A stretch of 64,000 bases of DNA. It comes from Patellaria atrata CBS 101060. Taxonomy: Eukaryota. Shown here piece after piece: positions 62,711 to 64,000 of the stretch. The position numbers and the translations under genes are program-made. Positions within the stretch are counted from its first letter, which is position 1, and each line of letters starts with the position of its first letter. The notes beneath the pieces are model-generated. The model was not told the DNA's origin. It was given only the letters and a program-made list of their open reading frames with translations, and did no database searches. The stretch is taken from contig MU006089.1 in assembly GCA_010093705.1 (NCBI GenBank), positions 3,188,061 to 3,252,060 of the forward strand, in the 5' to 3' direction.

Positions 62711-63860
62711 TCAGGCGTCTTCGGTTTTCTTCGATTTTCTACCCCTATACCATTATTACTAAAGTGGAACATTAGGTGGATTTGATCAAGTACCTCTTCT
62801 GTGGGGGAGCTTTCTATGAGTTAGACAATTAGCATCACCAATACAGCAAGTTGTACCATTTTCAAGAGAGGGCTTACCTCGTTTCCGGCTGCCTTCTTGC
62901 TTTTCGCTTTCGGTTGCGCTTTTGACATGGGTGCTGGAGCTTCCTCAGCAATCTCATCAGCGGAGTTATCGTCCTTAACGTTTGCTGCGGACTTCTTCGA
63001 AGACTTGGCTCTCTTGCTCTTTGGTGCGGGCTGCTCAACCTCGGAAATTGCGTCATCGTCTTCTTCAATCGCGACAGTCTTTTTCGGTTTAGCTTTGGAT
63101 TTCTTCGCAGCAGTTTCCTCTTTGCCAGTGCTCTTATTGGGCTTAGCTTTCGACTTATTTTCAACGGGTTTATCTTCGGGAGGTTGGGCTTTCTTTAGGT
63201 GTCCACGAGCTTTGGGAGCTGGCTCATCGTCCTTTTCATCTACCTCATCGGCCTGCTTCTTGCCCTTAGCCCGCTTTTTGGGCGCCGGAGCATCTTCCTC
63301 GTCCTCTTCATCTTCGTCACCTCCTTTACGTTTCTTTGATGCGGGAACTTTGAAACCTTTCTTGCCCGGTCTGTTCAATTCCACGTCCTAGTAAATGAGT
63401 TAGATGAGAGTGGCTCCCCGTAGACGAAATACTAACGCCGTTCCACTCTTCGTCATCGACGTGCCCTTGTTCTAATGCTTTCCGCACCTTCTCTTGGATG
63501 TCGGAGGATAACTCTTCGAAGCCATCAAAAATCTCAAAGTCACCTTCAATGAACTTGTTGACATTCTCGATAACTTGTGGACTCAAGCAACCCCTAGAAT
63601 CAATTAGTGATAGCGTAGAGAATTAAATAGCAATATTTACCAGTGTCTCCACTGCCAGCTGGTATGATCCATGATGGTGACCAAGGTGCCAAACCGGATT
63701 TCACCCTTCTTGATTTTGATCTTATCTTTCTTACATGCTGCATTGTTGCAGCCTGCCCTGTTGTTTGGTGAGACCTCTGTACTGGATTAGTAGATTTTTC
63801 AAAGGACAAAGACGTTCTCTGAGATTAAAATGTATTACCAATTCTGTAAGAGGTCGGCAT
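62711..63860 (-). CDS. PARP-type zinc finger (zf-PARP) protein with Lys-rich tail
   Basis: YRI..SPNNRAGCNNAAC..KIKKGEIRFG..WQWRHWGC, DGFEEL, QGHVDDEEW; multiple introns; stop TGA 62711-62713. Confidence 0.88.
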
Positions 63861-64000
63861 GCTTGCAGTAAATTCCTATGTGTGTCCTGTCAGTAGCAAA
63901 CTTCAAAAGAGATCGATGGTGAAAGACGCGTGACTTAATTAGGGTTTAAGGTACAATAGTTTGCTAGGTTCATGGAGTTTGTAAGTATGATATGTTATCG

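Overview
Gene-dense, intron-containing DNA from a filamentous ascomycete (GT-AG introns of about 45-120 nt with CTRAC-type branch points; the gene complement suggests Eurotiomycetes, which is inference). About 24 protein-coding genes were assigned from translated motifs: carotenoid oxygenase, SRA/YDG protein, ExoIII-type AP endonuclease, Cas1p O-acetyltransferase, DHA1 MFS transporter, DEDDh RNA exonuclease, repeat-rich GPI wall protein, protoglobin, PIS1, ClrB/ManR next to GH2 beta-mannosidase, thaumatin-like protein, Xaa-Pro aminopeptidase, DML1, double cupredoxin, PRP18/SAP18, GRE2-like reductase, ATG22, LSC2, DUF3245, CHZ-like and zf-PARP proteins. There are two scaffold gaps. No tRNA, rRNA, CRISPR array or autonomous transposon was found. 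The main unexplained signals are: (1) a 288-bp foldback element with TAAA flanks and transition-only arm divergence inside an intron, next to an 8-nt micro-exon; (2) a single in-frame TAG that separates the thaumatin-like protein from a hydrophobic tail; (3) a decayed 18-bp-period hexapeptide array in a 5.5-kb region with no recognisable gene; (4) a near-perfect 115-bp inverted duplication in an F-box-like pseudogene; (5) a premature TAA in the GRE2-like gene. All calls come from reading by eye; no database searches were run.
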